Shown here: piece after piece, positions 49,790 to 59,621 of the stretch
How positions within the stretch are numbered: the stretch's first letter is position 1
How the letters are laid out: each line of letters starts with the position of its first letter
From: Candidatus Bathyarchaeota archaeon
GTDB taxonomy: Archaea; Thermoproteota; Bathyarchaeia; Bathyarchaeales; Bathycorpusculaceae
Assembly: GCA_963833575.1 (NCBI GenBank)
Contig: CAWHXY010000007.1
Location: 32,001-96,000 of the forward strand
Reading direction: 5' to 3'
Length of the DNA stretch: 64,000 nt
Notes under the pieces: model-generated
What the model was told of the DNA's origin: nothing
The model's input: only the letters and a program-made list of their open reading frames with translations
Databases searched by the model: none
Position numbers and translations under genes: made by a program

Positions 49790-50773
49790 TCACTCGCTTG
49801 TTGATGGTTCTAGCCAGTTTCTTGATTTGAACACTGTTTTGTTTCCGAGATTAACTTTCAAGGTGTCTTCGTATGGGCACATTTCAACGCACCGCAAACA
49901 TAGCATGCACATTGAAGTTTTAATTTTTCCGCCTTTCTGCTCATACACATCGGTAACTTGTGACTGACAAACCCTCTTGCAAACGCCACATTTTGTGCAT
50001 TTTTCCTCGTCTTTTTCAAGATGTAACAGAGGAGCCCAACTAAAGCCTTTGAACCTATTTACTACACCTAAAGAGGCGGCTGTTGGGCAGAAGCGACACC
50101 ATAACCGCCTTACGAAGAACGAGCCTACAAGCGTTAAACCAACAAAAGCAATGGCAAACGCCTGCCATAAATTTTTCGCAGTATACGCGAGAAACTCTTG
50201 CACGTAAGGATATGTTAAGTTAACGCCGAATACGGCCATAGCCCCATTGGTCCATGGAACAATAAAAGGTATCATTGGATCAATAAGAACACTATATGGG
50301 CGGAACGGTCCCGCTAAAAGAGGGGTCTCCAACATTGCAGCAGCTTGACTTGGGGGCGGCTGAATAAACCATACAGCTATTGGTAACAATAGGAAAAACA
50401 GCAAGATGACATATCTTAGATTGTGCAAGGTTTTGTTAAGTTTGTCCGGGAGGAGTCTGTAGCGGATTTTAAGAGCTTTTCTTAGCTGAACTTCGATGTC
50501 CATAATAAGGCCAAACGGGCACAGCCAGCCGCAGTAAAATCGACCAAAAACAATCGTTATAACAAAAACTGAAATTAGAACGTAAAGCAGAGGAAAAGTA
50601 TAGGAGAAAATGTAAAATAAACCGGCGAAAGCCACTGCCTGAATGACAAAACGGATGAAAGTTACTTTCGTCGCCAAGTTTTTCTTCCAAATCATAATTG
50701 CGAGAATCCCTGCTACTCCGAGCCCCCCGAGAACTGCAAGCCTTAATGCGTCGCCGATAAGGTTCCAATTCAT
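49790..50773 (-). CDS. Membrane polyferredoxin (NapH/MauN-like 4Fe-4S binding protein)
   Basis: GRFYCGWLCPFG, WCRFCP, CTKCGVCKRVC, CMLCLRCVEMCP, several TMs. Confidence 0.88.
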   Translation of the reverse strand: MNWNLIGDALRLAVLGGLGVAGILAIMIWKKNLATKVTFIRFVIQAVAFAGLFYIFSYTFPLLYVLISVFVITIVFGRFYCGWLCPFGLIMDIEVQLRKALKIRYRLLPDKLNKTLHNLRYVILLFFLLLPIAVWFIQPPPSQAAAMLETPLLAGPFRPYSVLIDPMIPFIVPWTNGAMAVFGVNLTYPYVQEFLAYTAKNLWQAFAIAFVGLTLVGSFFVRRLWCRFCPTAASLGVVNRFKGFSWAPLLHLEKDEEKCTKCGVCKRVCQSQVTDVYEQKGGKIKTSMCMLCLRCVEMCPYEDTLKVNLGNKTVFKSRNWLEPSTSE

Positions 50774-50792
50774 CTTTTTCTCGCCATTTTGG

Positions 50793-51497
50793 TTAATGTA
50801 GTTGCATTAATGAACTTATTAATGTAACAAGCCCAAGCACTATTAGTATTCCTGCACCTGCTATTGACACCCATTTCCTAAATAAAGGTGCCTTGTTAAG
50901 AAGCCACCCGGTAACTCCGCCTAAGAATAACATTGGAGACAAAGCCGTTCCCAAACCAAACAATACAGCGATGCCGACACTGCCAACGGGATTTGAGAAA
51001 GGTAACGAATAAATCAAAAGCGCAATCAACGGTGGACAGATAATTAAGCCTCTACTAAAACCAAGCGAAAAAGCTCGATAATCAAATCCAAACCTTCCAG
51101 TTTTTCTGTTTGCGACCAGTTTTTTGCTATCTGCAGAATTGAAGTCGCAAGAAGGCGACTTATACTTCAGAAGGATACTGGCGCCAATTACTATAGTGAC
51201 AATGCCGAAGGCGAAACCGGAATAAATTTGAAAGGGCGAGAGAGCAGTTTGAGATACGAATAATCGGAATAATCCGCTGAAAACACCAATTAAGCCGCCA
51301 ATCAAGGCGTAACCAGCTACTCGTCCAGAATTAAAGACAAGCGTAATTCCCACGCCTTTGCGGAAACCCGCGCCTACACCTGCAATATAGCCTGCAATGT
51401 AAGGTAAGCATGATGCCGTACAAACCACCATTCCATATAGCACTCCTCCAACGAATGCTCCGACATATGGATTGGCGATCTCAGGTATCAGCGACAT
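50793..51497 (-). CDS. DsbD/CcdA-like (DsbD_2/TauE-type) six-TM protein
   Basis: CTASCLP, FNSGRVAGY, GLIICPP, LFGLGT. Confidence 0.8.
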   Translation of the reverse strand: MSLIPEIANPYVGAFVGGVLYGMVVCTASCLPYIAGYIAGVGAGFRKGVGITLVFNSGRVAGYALIGGLIGVFSGLFRLFVSQTALSPFQIYSGFAFGIVTIVIGASILLKYKSPSCDFNSADSKKLVANRKTGRFGFDYRAFSLGFSRGLIICPPLIALLIYSLPFSNPVGSVGIAVLFGLGTALSPMLFLGGVTGWLLNKAPLFRKWVSIAGAGILIVLGLVTLISSLMQLH

Positions 51498-51612
51498 GGG
51501 GACTCTCGTGAAATTTTGTTAAAGCAATTAATATGGAGATTCCATTTAAATGTTGCATATTTTTTGTTTCTGCATCCTTAGATTAACTAAAACCAGAAAA
51601 AAAGTAGGTTGG

Positions 51613-53847
51613 CTATGAAGGGGGTATTACTCTGGTGTTGTATTGTGCAAGGTATGCTAAATGTTCAGCGTCGTATGGATAGCTTTGATCAGCGGTGTAT
51701 GGGAATCCACTCATTCCGATGAAAGGCAATGGATCTACTGTAAAGTTGAATCCATATCCCCATCCTCCTAGCGGATCTTTAAACCAGCAAGCTACAAAAA
51801 AGAAGTAGTCTCTAACCATGCCAGGTTGAGGTGCAGTAAGGTTATCGATTGGGAATTCCATGTTAATTTGGTCGCCTTGACGTCCAATTACGTACATGTT
51901 GTCTGCATTTTGAAGTAGTGCTGTCACGTCACCATAACTTGTAAAGTTACCTGATGAAGAGGAATTGGTATCCCAGACTTGGCTTAGAGTTGCGATGGGG
52001 CTAACTTTTTGGACAGTTATGTTCTCTTGTGTTGTTAAGTCAACTCCGATGTAGTCGTAAGTTACTTTCCAGAAATTGATTATTTTGACCTGGTAATCGC
52101 TTACACCTGCAGGGAATAATCCTGTTAAATCCACCACGAAAGTTCTCGGGTTAGAATCCGACGGAATGGGCATCTGTTTATCCTGTGGGACAGGAATCCA
52201 AGTACCATTCGCAGCTTGAACATCTATGTAAGCAGGCGGCATAATTTGTGTACCGTTTGGCACAAGTCCTTGGGCAGCTGCTTCTTTGAAGCCGTTTATC
52301 CAGTTGTAATAATCGGTGGGTGATCCCCAATCAACCATTCCATTGATTTCAAGTTTAATCTGTTTTGCAGTGGATAAGTTGCCTAAGTCTAATGTTAACT
52401 GATTTAATGTGATATTGTTCCACGCTGGGCTTAGCGTTCCTTCGCTGGCATTTGTGAAAACCCCGTCAAGTTTTGAAATCTCAGGAAGAACATTTTCTCC
52501 TTTTTCATTAGTTGCGCTGACAGGCGATACTATACTGGTTTGGTTGACCGTGTATACTTGGTCGTTTAAGCCTGGGTTAAGATAATTGGTTACACTTGAG
52601 TAAACATCGGTTCCAGCTGGATGATCAACTACCAGCATATACGCAGAGTCTACATAGAATAACTCATCTGCTTGCTGGAAAAGAGTCATGTCGTAGTAAT
52701 TATTTCCATTAATAATTTTTGGTGCAAGCAAGTTTTTGTCAAGTTTAACGTTGTCCCATGGGTTGCCCCCTCCAAAAACTATGTTTCCGTTAGCGTCTAT
52801 ATGGCTAATGTACCCTAACCACCCAGCGTTTGAAACATCAGTAATATACGAATAACCGGTACCATTCCACGTGAACAATGACGGGCAGGATGCATATCCG
52901 CTGATTAAGTTGTAGGTCGCAACCAGAATTAGCGGTTTGTCCGACAATGTCACAGTTCGTGTTGGATTAGTGTTGCCATCTTGCCAATTTGAAAAAGCCA
53001 AGACGCCGGTTCCAACGCTGAAGGGGTTAGGAACTGATACAGTATAGTCTCCTACTGGCAAAACTCGACTAAAAGGCGTATTATAGCTGGCCCCATTCAA
53101 GGTGAAGGTTAGCGGCAATGAGCCGCCGCCAGACCTATTAATAATAAGCGTATGGTAACCACTTTGGACAATTAGAAATGATGAGCTTAAAGTATTAAGT
53201 TTTACAGTATGCGTTCCTTCGGTAGTTGCGTTGACTGTAAACACTATTGTTTGAGTGGTACTTGCGTTTAATTGGATCACTCTGGTTTCAACAAATATAT
53301 CATCAACTTTTACCCTGACGACTAGTTTATCTGCTTGATTAGTTGGATTTTCAGCAGTGGCTGTCACGTTAACCGGTTGATCTGGCCAAGCTTCATAAGG
53401 GTCAAAGACAATGTTGGACAAAATTATTTTGCTTGATCCAGGAGGAGCAGGGTTAATTGTAAACATTCCTGTTAGATCGCCAACGCTAACAGAATAATTT
53501 CCTGCAACATTTTCAATATCAGAATACTGAACAATTACAGAATCTCCGCCTGCAAGCGTTACGTTTTGCGTATATCTTGTTTCATTGTTAATTTCAAAAT
53601 TCAGAGTTTTGTTGCCTTCTAAATCACCTATGTTTGTTACATTAACTGAAATTTGTACCGCATCACTTTCATTTGCTACTGGCGGATCAATGATGAGGTT
53701 TTTTAGTGTAAAATTAGCGGGCTTAGCCGCAGTTGCTAGCATGCCTTGATTGTTAAGGTAAAAGTATGCTCCTGCAACGGCGCCTATAATAATAAAATCA
53801 ATAATAAGGATAGCTTTCAGTTTAACTACTGCGGAATGAGATAGCAT
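51613..53847 (-). CDS. Large membrane-anchored extracellular protein (CARDB-like Ig domains plus SCP-motif C-terminal domain)
   Basis: N-terminal TM, VNVTNIGDLEG CARDB-like repeats, ASCPSLFTWNG, closing PLPF..MSGFPY...YNTR. Confidence 0.75.
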   Translation of the reverse strand: MLSHSAVVKLKAILIIDFIIIGAVAGAYFYLNNQGMLATAAKPANFTLKNLIIDPPVANESDAVQISVNVTNIGDLEGNKTLNFEINNETRYTQNVTLAGGDSVIVQYSDIENVAGNYSVSVGDLTGMFTINPAPPGSSKIILSNIVFDPYEAWPDQPVNVTATAENPTNQADKLVVRVKVDDIFVETRVIQLNASTTQTIVFTVNATTEGTHTVKLNTLSSSFLIVQSGYHTLIINRSGGGSLPLTFTLNGASYNTPFSRVLPVGDYTVSVPNPFSVGTGVLAFSNWQDGNTNPTRTVTLSDKPLILVATYNLISGYASCPSLFTWNGTGYSYITDVSNAGWLGYISHIDANGNIVFGGGNPWDNVKLDKNLLAPKIINGNNYYDMTLFQQADELFYVDSAYMLVVDHPAGTDVYSSVTNYLNPGLNDQVYTVNQTSIVSPVSATNEKGENVLPEISKLDGVFTNASEGTLSPAWNNITLNQLTLDLGNLSTAKQIKLEINGMVDWGSPTDYYNWINGFKEAAAQGLVPNGTQIMPPAYIDVQAANGTWIPVPQDKQMPIPSDSNPRTFVVDLTGLFPAGVSDYQVKIINFWKVTYDYIGVDLTTQENITVQKVSPIATLSQVWDTNSSSSGNFTSYGDVTALLQNADNMYVIGRQGDQINMEFPIDNLTAPQPGMVRDYFFFVACWFKDPLGGWGYGFNFTVDPLPFIGMSGFPYTADQSYPYDAEHLAYLAQYNTRVIPPS

Positions 53848-54026
53848 TTTAACAGCACTATGTAGATTTACAAGAGATCATTAAACATTAAAGGATTGTG
53901 ATTTTTGAAAAATATTTAAGTTAATTTAAGCTGTTGCTGTATTATTACAGTCACATAACTAAATATATTGAATTTATCTTCTAGCAACCAAGCATCGGCT
54001 AACAACCGAATTTTAGGAGATAAATA

Positions 54027-54755
54027 GTGTTAAAAACATCAAAAATTCTTGTTGTCATTTTGCTAACTGCAACACTATTAATGCCAATCGTAAGTTTGAA
54101 CCTGGCGAAGGCGCAATCACAAGCAACTGTTGACATGATAGCTAGTGTAGGAGGAACGACAGTTCCATCGGGAGACAATAATACGTATGCTGACGGTACA
54201 GTCGTTACGTTAACTGCCACTGCTGGAAATGGTTTTCTTTTCCAGTATTGGGCAATTGTAAGTAGCGCAGGCGGTACTCAAGACTTGAATAATCCTACTA
54301 CGTTAACGGTCAAAGGCGGAGAAACCTATGCTGTCCAAGCAGTTTTCCAACCAATTAATTTTCAGCCACCTGCCACTCAAACTACAAGCGCTACAAATGC
54401 TATCGTTGTTGTCTTAGCTTCTGTTGGAGGAACAACTACACCTGCAGCAGGAATATATGCTGTAGCAGACGCATCACAGCTGAAGCTAACTGCTACGCCA
54501 ATTAGCGGTTTTAAGTTTGACCACTGGGTTATAGGCGGCACTCCACTTAATCATGGTGCATACAATTTCACTGGTACTCCAACTGACAATCCGTACACTG
54601 TAGATCACGGTTACGGAAACACCTATACCTATCAGCCAGTTTTCAGCCCGACAAATGCAGTTCCAGAATTTTCAAGTCTAGCAACAGTCGCCATGGCTTT
54701 AGTATTAGTAGCAATAGCTTTTGGAACATATGCATATAAACGAAAGACAAAATAA
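54027..54755 (+). CDS. Secreted repeat protein with PEF-CTERM-like sorting signal
   Basis: Signal peptide, two ASVGGTT.P...LTAT...GF.F..W repeats, VPEF plus TM plus KRKTK. Confidence 0.8.
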   Translation: MLKTSKILVVILLTATLLMPIVSLNLAKAQSQATVDMIASVGGTTVPSGDNNTYADGTVVTLTATAGNGFLFQYWAIVSSAGGTQDLNNPTTLTVKGGETYAVQAVFQPINFQPPATQTTSATNAIVVVLASVGGTTTPAAGIYAVADASQLKLTATPISGFKFDHWVIGGTPLNHGAYNFTGTPTDNPYTVDHGYGNTYTYQPVFSPTNAVPEFSSLATVAMALVLVAIAFGTYAYKRKTK

Positions 54756-54850
54756 AATTTCCCTTTTTTTGTTTTTACAAGAATTTCAGTTCGTCATTCC
54801 GCATTCTAAAAAATAATCAATTTTAATAATTATTCTATTATTATTCTTTT

Positions 54851-56221
54851 TTATGTGCAGTCTGGTTCTATGTGTACAGTGACAACCGAATTTGCAAATC
54901 GCTCCCTGGTTTCTTTCTCAAGTAACGAGGCAATTCTGTGTGCTTCCTTTATCTGAATCTGTTTGATGAAGCAGCAGTCGATGTTAATGTAGCGTTTACT
55001 GTCAGCGGCGTAAGTTACTATACGGTTAATGTGAAGATGTCCGGCGAGGTTTTTAGCAACTTCATAAACGGCTTTCTTTAGCTGTGCTTCATCAACATCC
55101 ATGGCTGGAAAAGCCACGCCTGAAGGTTCTACATGTACAGTAACGTTTTCAAGTGGCTTAATTTCAGCTTTCACCCTTTGCTCAATAACTTCCGCTATTT
55201 TGTGTGCTTCTTCAACTGACAATTCAGGGTTAACGTAGGCGTGCAAAGTAATGTAGAATTTACCGTCCGTAAAAATAGTCGAGATTTCATGCACCTCCTT
55301 CACACCCTCAACCGTAGCGAGCTTCTCTACTAATTGATCCATTTTAGCATCTTTTTCGGACGGTTCAATATGGATTGTCGCGTCAACGTTGCCAAGAGTC
55401 TGCTTTAGGCTATTTTCAATTTTAGTTGCCAAAGAATGTGCATCTTCCAAGCTCATGTGGCTTGAAACTTGCACTGACGCGTCAACAAAAACTTTAGAGC
55501 TTACTTTGCGAACTTTAAGGTTTTCAGTTTTAACTACACTCTCATGTGAAAGAATAGCTTTCTTTGTTTTTTGTACAAGCTCCTTTGAGGCAGTATCGCT
55601 GAGCTCCATTATGCTGAATCTCACAAGTTTAATACTTAAATAGCTAAGCATAATGCCTAGAAAAATTGATGCTATGGAATCACCGTAGAAAAAGCCAACA
55701 GTAGCCAAACCAAAGCCTATGAGGGCAAGCAGTGTTGAGCTTAAATCCGAAATAGCATCGTAAAGACCAACTCTCATAGATGGGCTTTCGATGTGTTGAC
55801 TTCTTTTGAAAACAGTAATTCTCAAAATTGCAACGAAAATAGCATATCCAATTGCAATGAAACCTGCAAACTCTGCTCCTTGGACAATTTTACTCCCCTC
55901 CATCAATCTGGCTGCCGCTTCATAGAAAATTAGGAATGCCACGGCAATTAAGACTATTCCACCGATGAGTCCACCTATGTCTTCAAATTTTTCATGGCCG
56001 TAAGTGTGCTCTTCATCAGGAGGTTTTAATGAAGCACGAACTGCAAAATAAAGCATTATGGTGGAAATTGCATCAAGCAAACAGTGCAAACCGTCGCTGA
56101 GGATCGCCAAACTATTAACGAATAAGCCTATAGACACTTCAAGTATTACTACGCTAAAAATAGCAGTTGCTGTAATTTTCAAAGCCTTAAGTTTATAATT
56201 TCCTTCTTGAGCGCCTTGCAT
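54851..56221 (-). CDS. Cation diffusion facilitator with tandem C-terminal dimerisation domains
   Basis: SLAILSDGLH, PPDEEHTYGHEK, three IHIEP/VHVEP/VHIEP repeats. Confidence 0.9.
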   Translation of the reverse strand: MQGAQEGNYKLKALKITATAIFSVVILEVSIGLFVNSLAILSDGLHCLLDAISTIMLYFAVRASLKPPDEEHTYGHEKFEDIGGLIGGIVLIAVAFLIFYEAAARLMEGSKIVQGAEFAGFIAIGYAIFVAILRITVFKRSQHIESPSMRVGLYDAISDLSSTLLALIGFGLATVGFFYGDSIASIFLGIMLSYLSIKLVRFSIMELSDTASKELVQKTKKAILSHESVVKTENLKVRKVSSKVFVDASVQVSSHMSLEDAHSLATKIENSLKQTLGNVDATIHIEPSEKDAKMDQLVEKLATVEGVKEVHEISTIFTDGKFYITLHAYVNPELSVEEAHKIAEVIEQRVKAEIKPLENVTVHVEPSGVAFPAMDVDEAQLKKAVYEVAKNLAGHLHINRIVTYAADSKRYINIDCCFIKQIQIKEAHRIASLLEKETRERFANSVVTVHIEPDCT

Positions 56222-56475
56222 TTTTGTTTGTCAGAACTATGCTCATACTAAGGGCGATTTAAGAATTACGGGCATTATAACAATCGTAAATGTTAAAGAA
56301 GCCGCTTTGTTGATTGTCAATTTTTTAATAATACTTAAACCGATTTTATCGGCAAATGAAGTTGTCAGCTCTTTTCCGAGTATATGACCATTATTATTAA
56401 AGAGCCAAAAGCTAAACCTAAAAATAAAATCGATAGGCATTTAGGGTTGAAAATAAGTATTAATGGAAACGGTCG

Positions 56476-57765
56476 ATGCTAATGGCTTTACAGAAAATAA
56501 ACAAAATATTAGAAGGATGCTGCCCTGATCAAAAAGTAACTGTACGTGGCTGGATTTATCGAAAACGTGAGGGAAAAGAACTCATTTTCCTCGTTATCCG
56601 CGACTCAACCGGATTCATCCAATGCACCGTAAAGAAAACGAGTCTATGCTGGGCGGAAGCACAACGCTTAACGATCGAATCGTCCTTAACACTTGAAGGT
56701 ACCGCACGAGAAGACAAGCGTGCTCCAGGCGGATACGAAATAAGCGCAGATAGCGTCAACGTTATAGGTTTAGCAGAAACTTTCCCCATAGCCAAAGACA
56801 AAAGCGAAGAATTCATCCGCGACATGCGCCATCTGTGGCTTCGAAGCAGAAAAATGAATTTAATGATGAAAGTCCGCGGCGACGTATTAGAAGCAACCCG
56901 CCAATACTTTAAGAGCCAAGGCTACACGGAAGTTTCACCTCCAATGTTTATTTCGGCAGCAGTCGAAGGCGGCTCGACACTTTTCGGCTTAAAATATTTT
57001 GATCAAGATCTATACCTGACCCAGAGTAGCCAGCTTTACCTTGAAATCTTGATATACTCTTTAGAAAATGTTTATTGCATTGCTCCATCTTTTCGTGCTG
57101 AAAAAAGCCGAACAATCAGGCACTTAACCGAGTATTGGCATATGGAAGCGGAATGGCCTTTCGCTGATATGAATGACTTGATGAAGTTTGAAGAAGGATT
57201 AATGACACATGTTTGCCAGGCTATCGGCGATACTTGTCAAAAAGAGTTCACAGAAATCGGCGCAGACATAAGCAAGCTAAAAGCAGTGAAAACACCATTT
57301 CCACGCATAACCTACGCTGAAGCAATCGAGCGCCTCAAGTCAAAGAATCCATCACTTAATTGGGGAGCCGACTTAGGCTACGAGGACGAGAAAGTGCTTG
57401 CAGAAGACTTTGGGAAACCCTTCTTTGTTTATGATTACCCCACAGAAATTAAGGCGTTTTACTGTAAAACCTACAAAGAGCATCCTGAAATTGCGATGTC
57501 AGTTGACATGATGGTTCCACGAATAGGCGAAATCAGCACGGGCGGCGCAAGGGAAGAAGACAAGGACACCCTTATTTCACGTATGAAAGCGCAAGGCTTG
57601 AAACCTGAAGACTATGAATGGTACCTTGACTTACGACGCTACGGCACAGTACCGCACGTTGGTTTTGGAATGGGGCTTGAGCGCCTTTTGACATGGATGC
57701 TTGACTTAGACAATATCTTAGATGCTATTCCATTTCCAAGAACAACTCGCAGGTTCTATCCCTAA
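56476..57765 (+). CDS. asnS: Asparagine--tRNA ligase
   Basis: OB fold VRGWI, QSSQLYLE, FRAEKSRTIRHLTEY, KAFY, YGTVPHVGFGMGLER. Confidence 0.9.
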   Translation: MLMALQKINKILEGCCPDQKVTVRGWIYRKREGKELIFLVIRDSTGFIQCTVKKTSLCWAEAQRLTIESSLTLEGTAREDKRAPGGYEISADSVNVIGLAETFPIAKDKSEEFIRDMRHLWLRSRKMNLMMKVRGDVLEATRQYFKSQGYTEVSPPMFISAAVEGGSTLFGLKYFDQDLYLTQSSQLYLEILIYSLENVYCIAPSFRAEKSRTIRHLTEYWHMEAEWPFADMNDLMKFEEGLMTHVCQAIGDTCQKEFTEIGADISKLKAVKTPFPRITYAEAIERLKSKNPSLNWGADLGYEDEKVLAEDFGKPFFVYDYPTEIKAFYCKTYKEHPEIAMSVDMMVPRIGEISTGGAREEDKDTLISRMKAQGLKPEDYEWYLDLRRYGTVPHVGFGMGLERLLTWMLDLDNILDAIPFPRTTRRFYP

Positions 57766-57776
57766 ACTTTTTTCTT

Positions 57777-58487
57777 TTAAGGGTAACCTGTAAAATATTC
57801 CTGTCTCAGCTGCGTTTTCGGCAAGCCTAAGCTTTCGATAATAGTTTCCATTGCTTTTACCATGGGCGGTGGTCCGCAAGTATAAAATACATTTTCGTCG
57901 TAGTCGGGCAGCGCTTTCTTAATCATCTCCGCGGTAATTACGCCAGTTTCCCCAGTCCATTGAATTGACGGTTGATTAACTATACACACTATTTTTAAAT
58001 TCTCATTTTCTTTTTGCATGTTTTCAAGTTCATCTTTGAATGCGATATCTGCTTCAGTGCGGCATCCGTAGAAAAGAGTAATTCTTGAATTTAGACGCTT
58101 GTCGGTCGCATTTTTGATTATACTGATAAACGGAGTTATTCCTATGCCTCCTGCCACCAAAGCGATTTTAGGATGTTCGCCTTCAAAAGTAAATTGCCCG
58201 TAAGGTGCATCTATTCTTGCCCAATCACCAACTTTGGCTGATCTTAGGGCCACGGAGTATTCGTGGTCGGTGAATTTTTTGGTGAACTCAAAATGTTTTT
58301 GTTCTGTTGGGCTGCTGCTGAAACTGAAGTGGTGAGCTAGCTCTCTGTCGGCTTGTTTAATATTTATCATAAAGTATTGGCCGGGTTTGTAAGTTAATTC
58401 AGTAGGTCTTGGAAACCTGAAGCTTGTTACGTCAGCGGTTCGTGGTAAAATTTCAGAGATTTTTGTTTCAAACTTCATAAAAATCAA
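57777..58487 (-). CDS. FNR-like FAD/NAD(P) oxidoreductase
   Basis: YKPGQY, FSFSSSP, AGGIGITPF, YTCGPPPM. Confidence 0.9.
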   Translation of the reverse strand: MIFMKFETKISEILPRTADVTSFRFPRPTELTYKPGQYFMINIKQADRELAHHFSFSSSPTEQKHFEFTKKFTDHEYSVALRSAKVGDWARIDAPYGQFTFEGEHPKIALVAGGIGITPFISIIKNATDKRLNSRITLFYGCRTEADIAFKDELENMQKENENLKIVCIVNQPSIQWTGETGVITAEMIKKALPDYDENVFYTCGPPPMVKAMETIIESLGLPKTQLRQEYFTGYP

Positions 58488-58943
58488 ATCGTAAGGAACC
58501 AGTGATTTTAATTATGTTTTCTTCGTTTCAATAAACTTTGTGGCTAAAATTATCTTTTAAAATTGTGCACTAATCCTCACGCTCCTGTCTATTTGGAGAA
58601 AAGTGTTAAGAAATGGGTAAGGGCACACGAAATGGAATTTATTTAACCTTCATTAAGCCATGAAGGGCTTTGCCGCTAACACCTGTGGATTAACTAGACA
58701 AGAAACCTGACCACGTTTTTGCCATTTGTGTATTTGAATCAGGTGTAAAAACTCTCTTTGATTTACATACCCGTGAAAAAAATACTCGACTGAGCAATTG
58801 CTGTGCTGTTTTCAAGTGTAATATTTAGTATCTTAAAAATTGGCAAATGCGTCGTTTCAAAATGGAAGGTGTCAGTGACCGTAAAGCTTTAAAATGAATC
58901 AGATGATTGAAGTGGTAAAATATCATTTGGAGAAACATTAGAA

Positions 58944-59537
58944 ATGAGTGATAATCTGTTAACTAAATTGGCTAATCCTGCACCTCTTGGGCTTCTTGGC
59001 TTTGGCGTAACTACTGTTCTTCTCAACTTGGTCAATGCGGGCGTTTTTCCTCTCGACACAGTAATCTTGGCTATGGGCATAGCTTACGGCGGCATTGCAC
59101 AGATAATTGTTGGCATTATGGAGTTTAAGAAAGGCAACACGTTTGGCACTGTAGCATTTCTCTCTTATGGCTTGTTCTGGTGGAGTCTAGTTCTGCTTCT
59201 GATTCTGCCGAAATTCACTGGATTCGCAGGTCCTTCATCGTCTTCGTTGGCGGCGTACTTCATTATGTGGGGCATCTTTACGTTTGGCATGTTCTTTGGC
59301 ACCCTTAAAGCTAACCGCGCCTTGCAATTCGTCTTTGGCAGCCTAACCGTACTGTTCTTTATGCTGGCAACTAGAGAGTTAACAAACAACCCCACCCTGT
59401 CAGGATCAATAACATTCAACACATTCGTTGGCATCGAAGGCGTCATATGCGGCGCAAGCGCAGTCTACCTAGGAATAGCAGAAGTCCTAAACGAAACGCA
59501 CCATAAGACTATCTTGCCAATTTATCCAACAAGCTAA
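58944..59537 (+). CDS. satP: Acetate uptake transporter (GPR1/FUN34/SatP)
   Basis: [27 protein letters not shown]; upstream of acs. Confidence 0.92.
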   Translation: MSDNLLTKLANPAPLGLLGFGVTTVLLNLVNAGVFPLDTVILAMGIAYGGIAQIIVGIMEFKKGNTFGTVAFLSYGLFWWSLVLLLILPKFTGFAGPSSSSLAAYFIMWGIFTFGMFFGTLKANRALQFVFGSLTVLFFMLATRELTNNPTLSGSITFNTFVGIEGVICGASAVYLGIAEVLNETHHKTILPIYPTS

Positions 59538-59621
59538 AAACAACAATTTTCTTTTTTTATTTTCATCTAAATTAAGTGAAAAACTTATATTCTTAGTTAC
59601 CTCAGTTCCCAGCCAGTTAGG

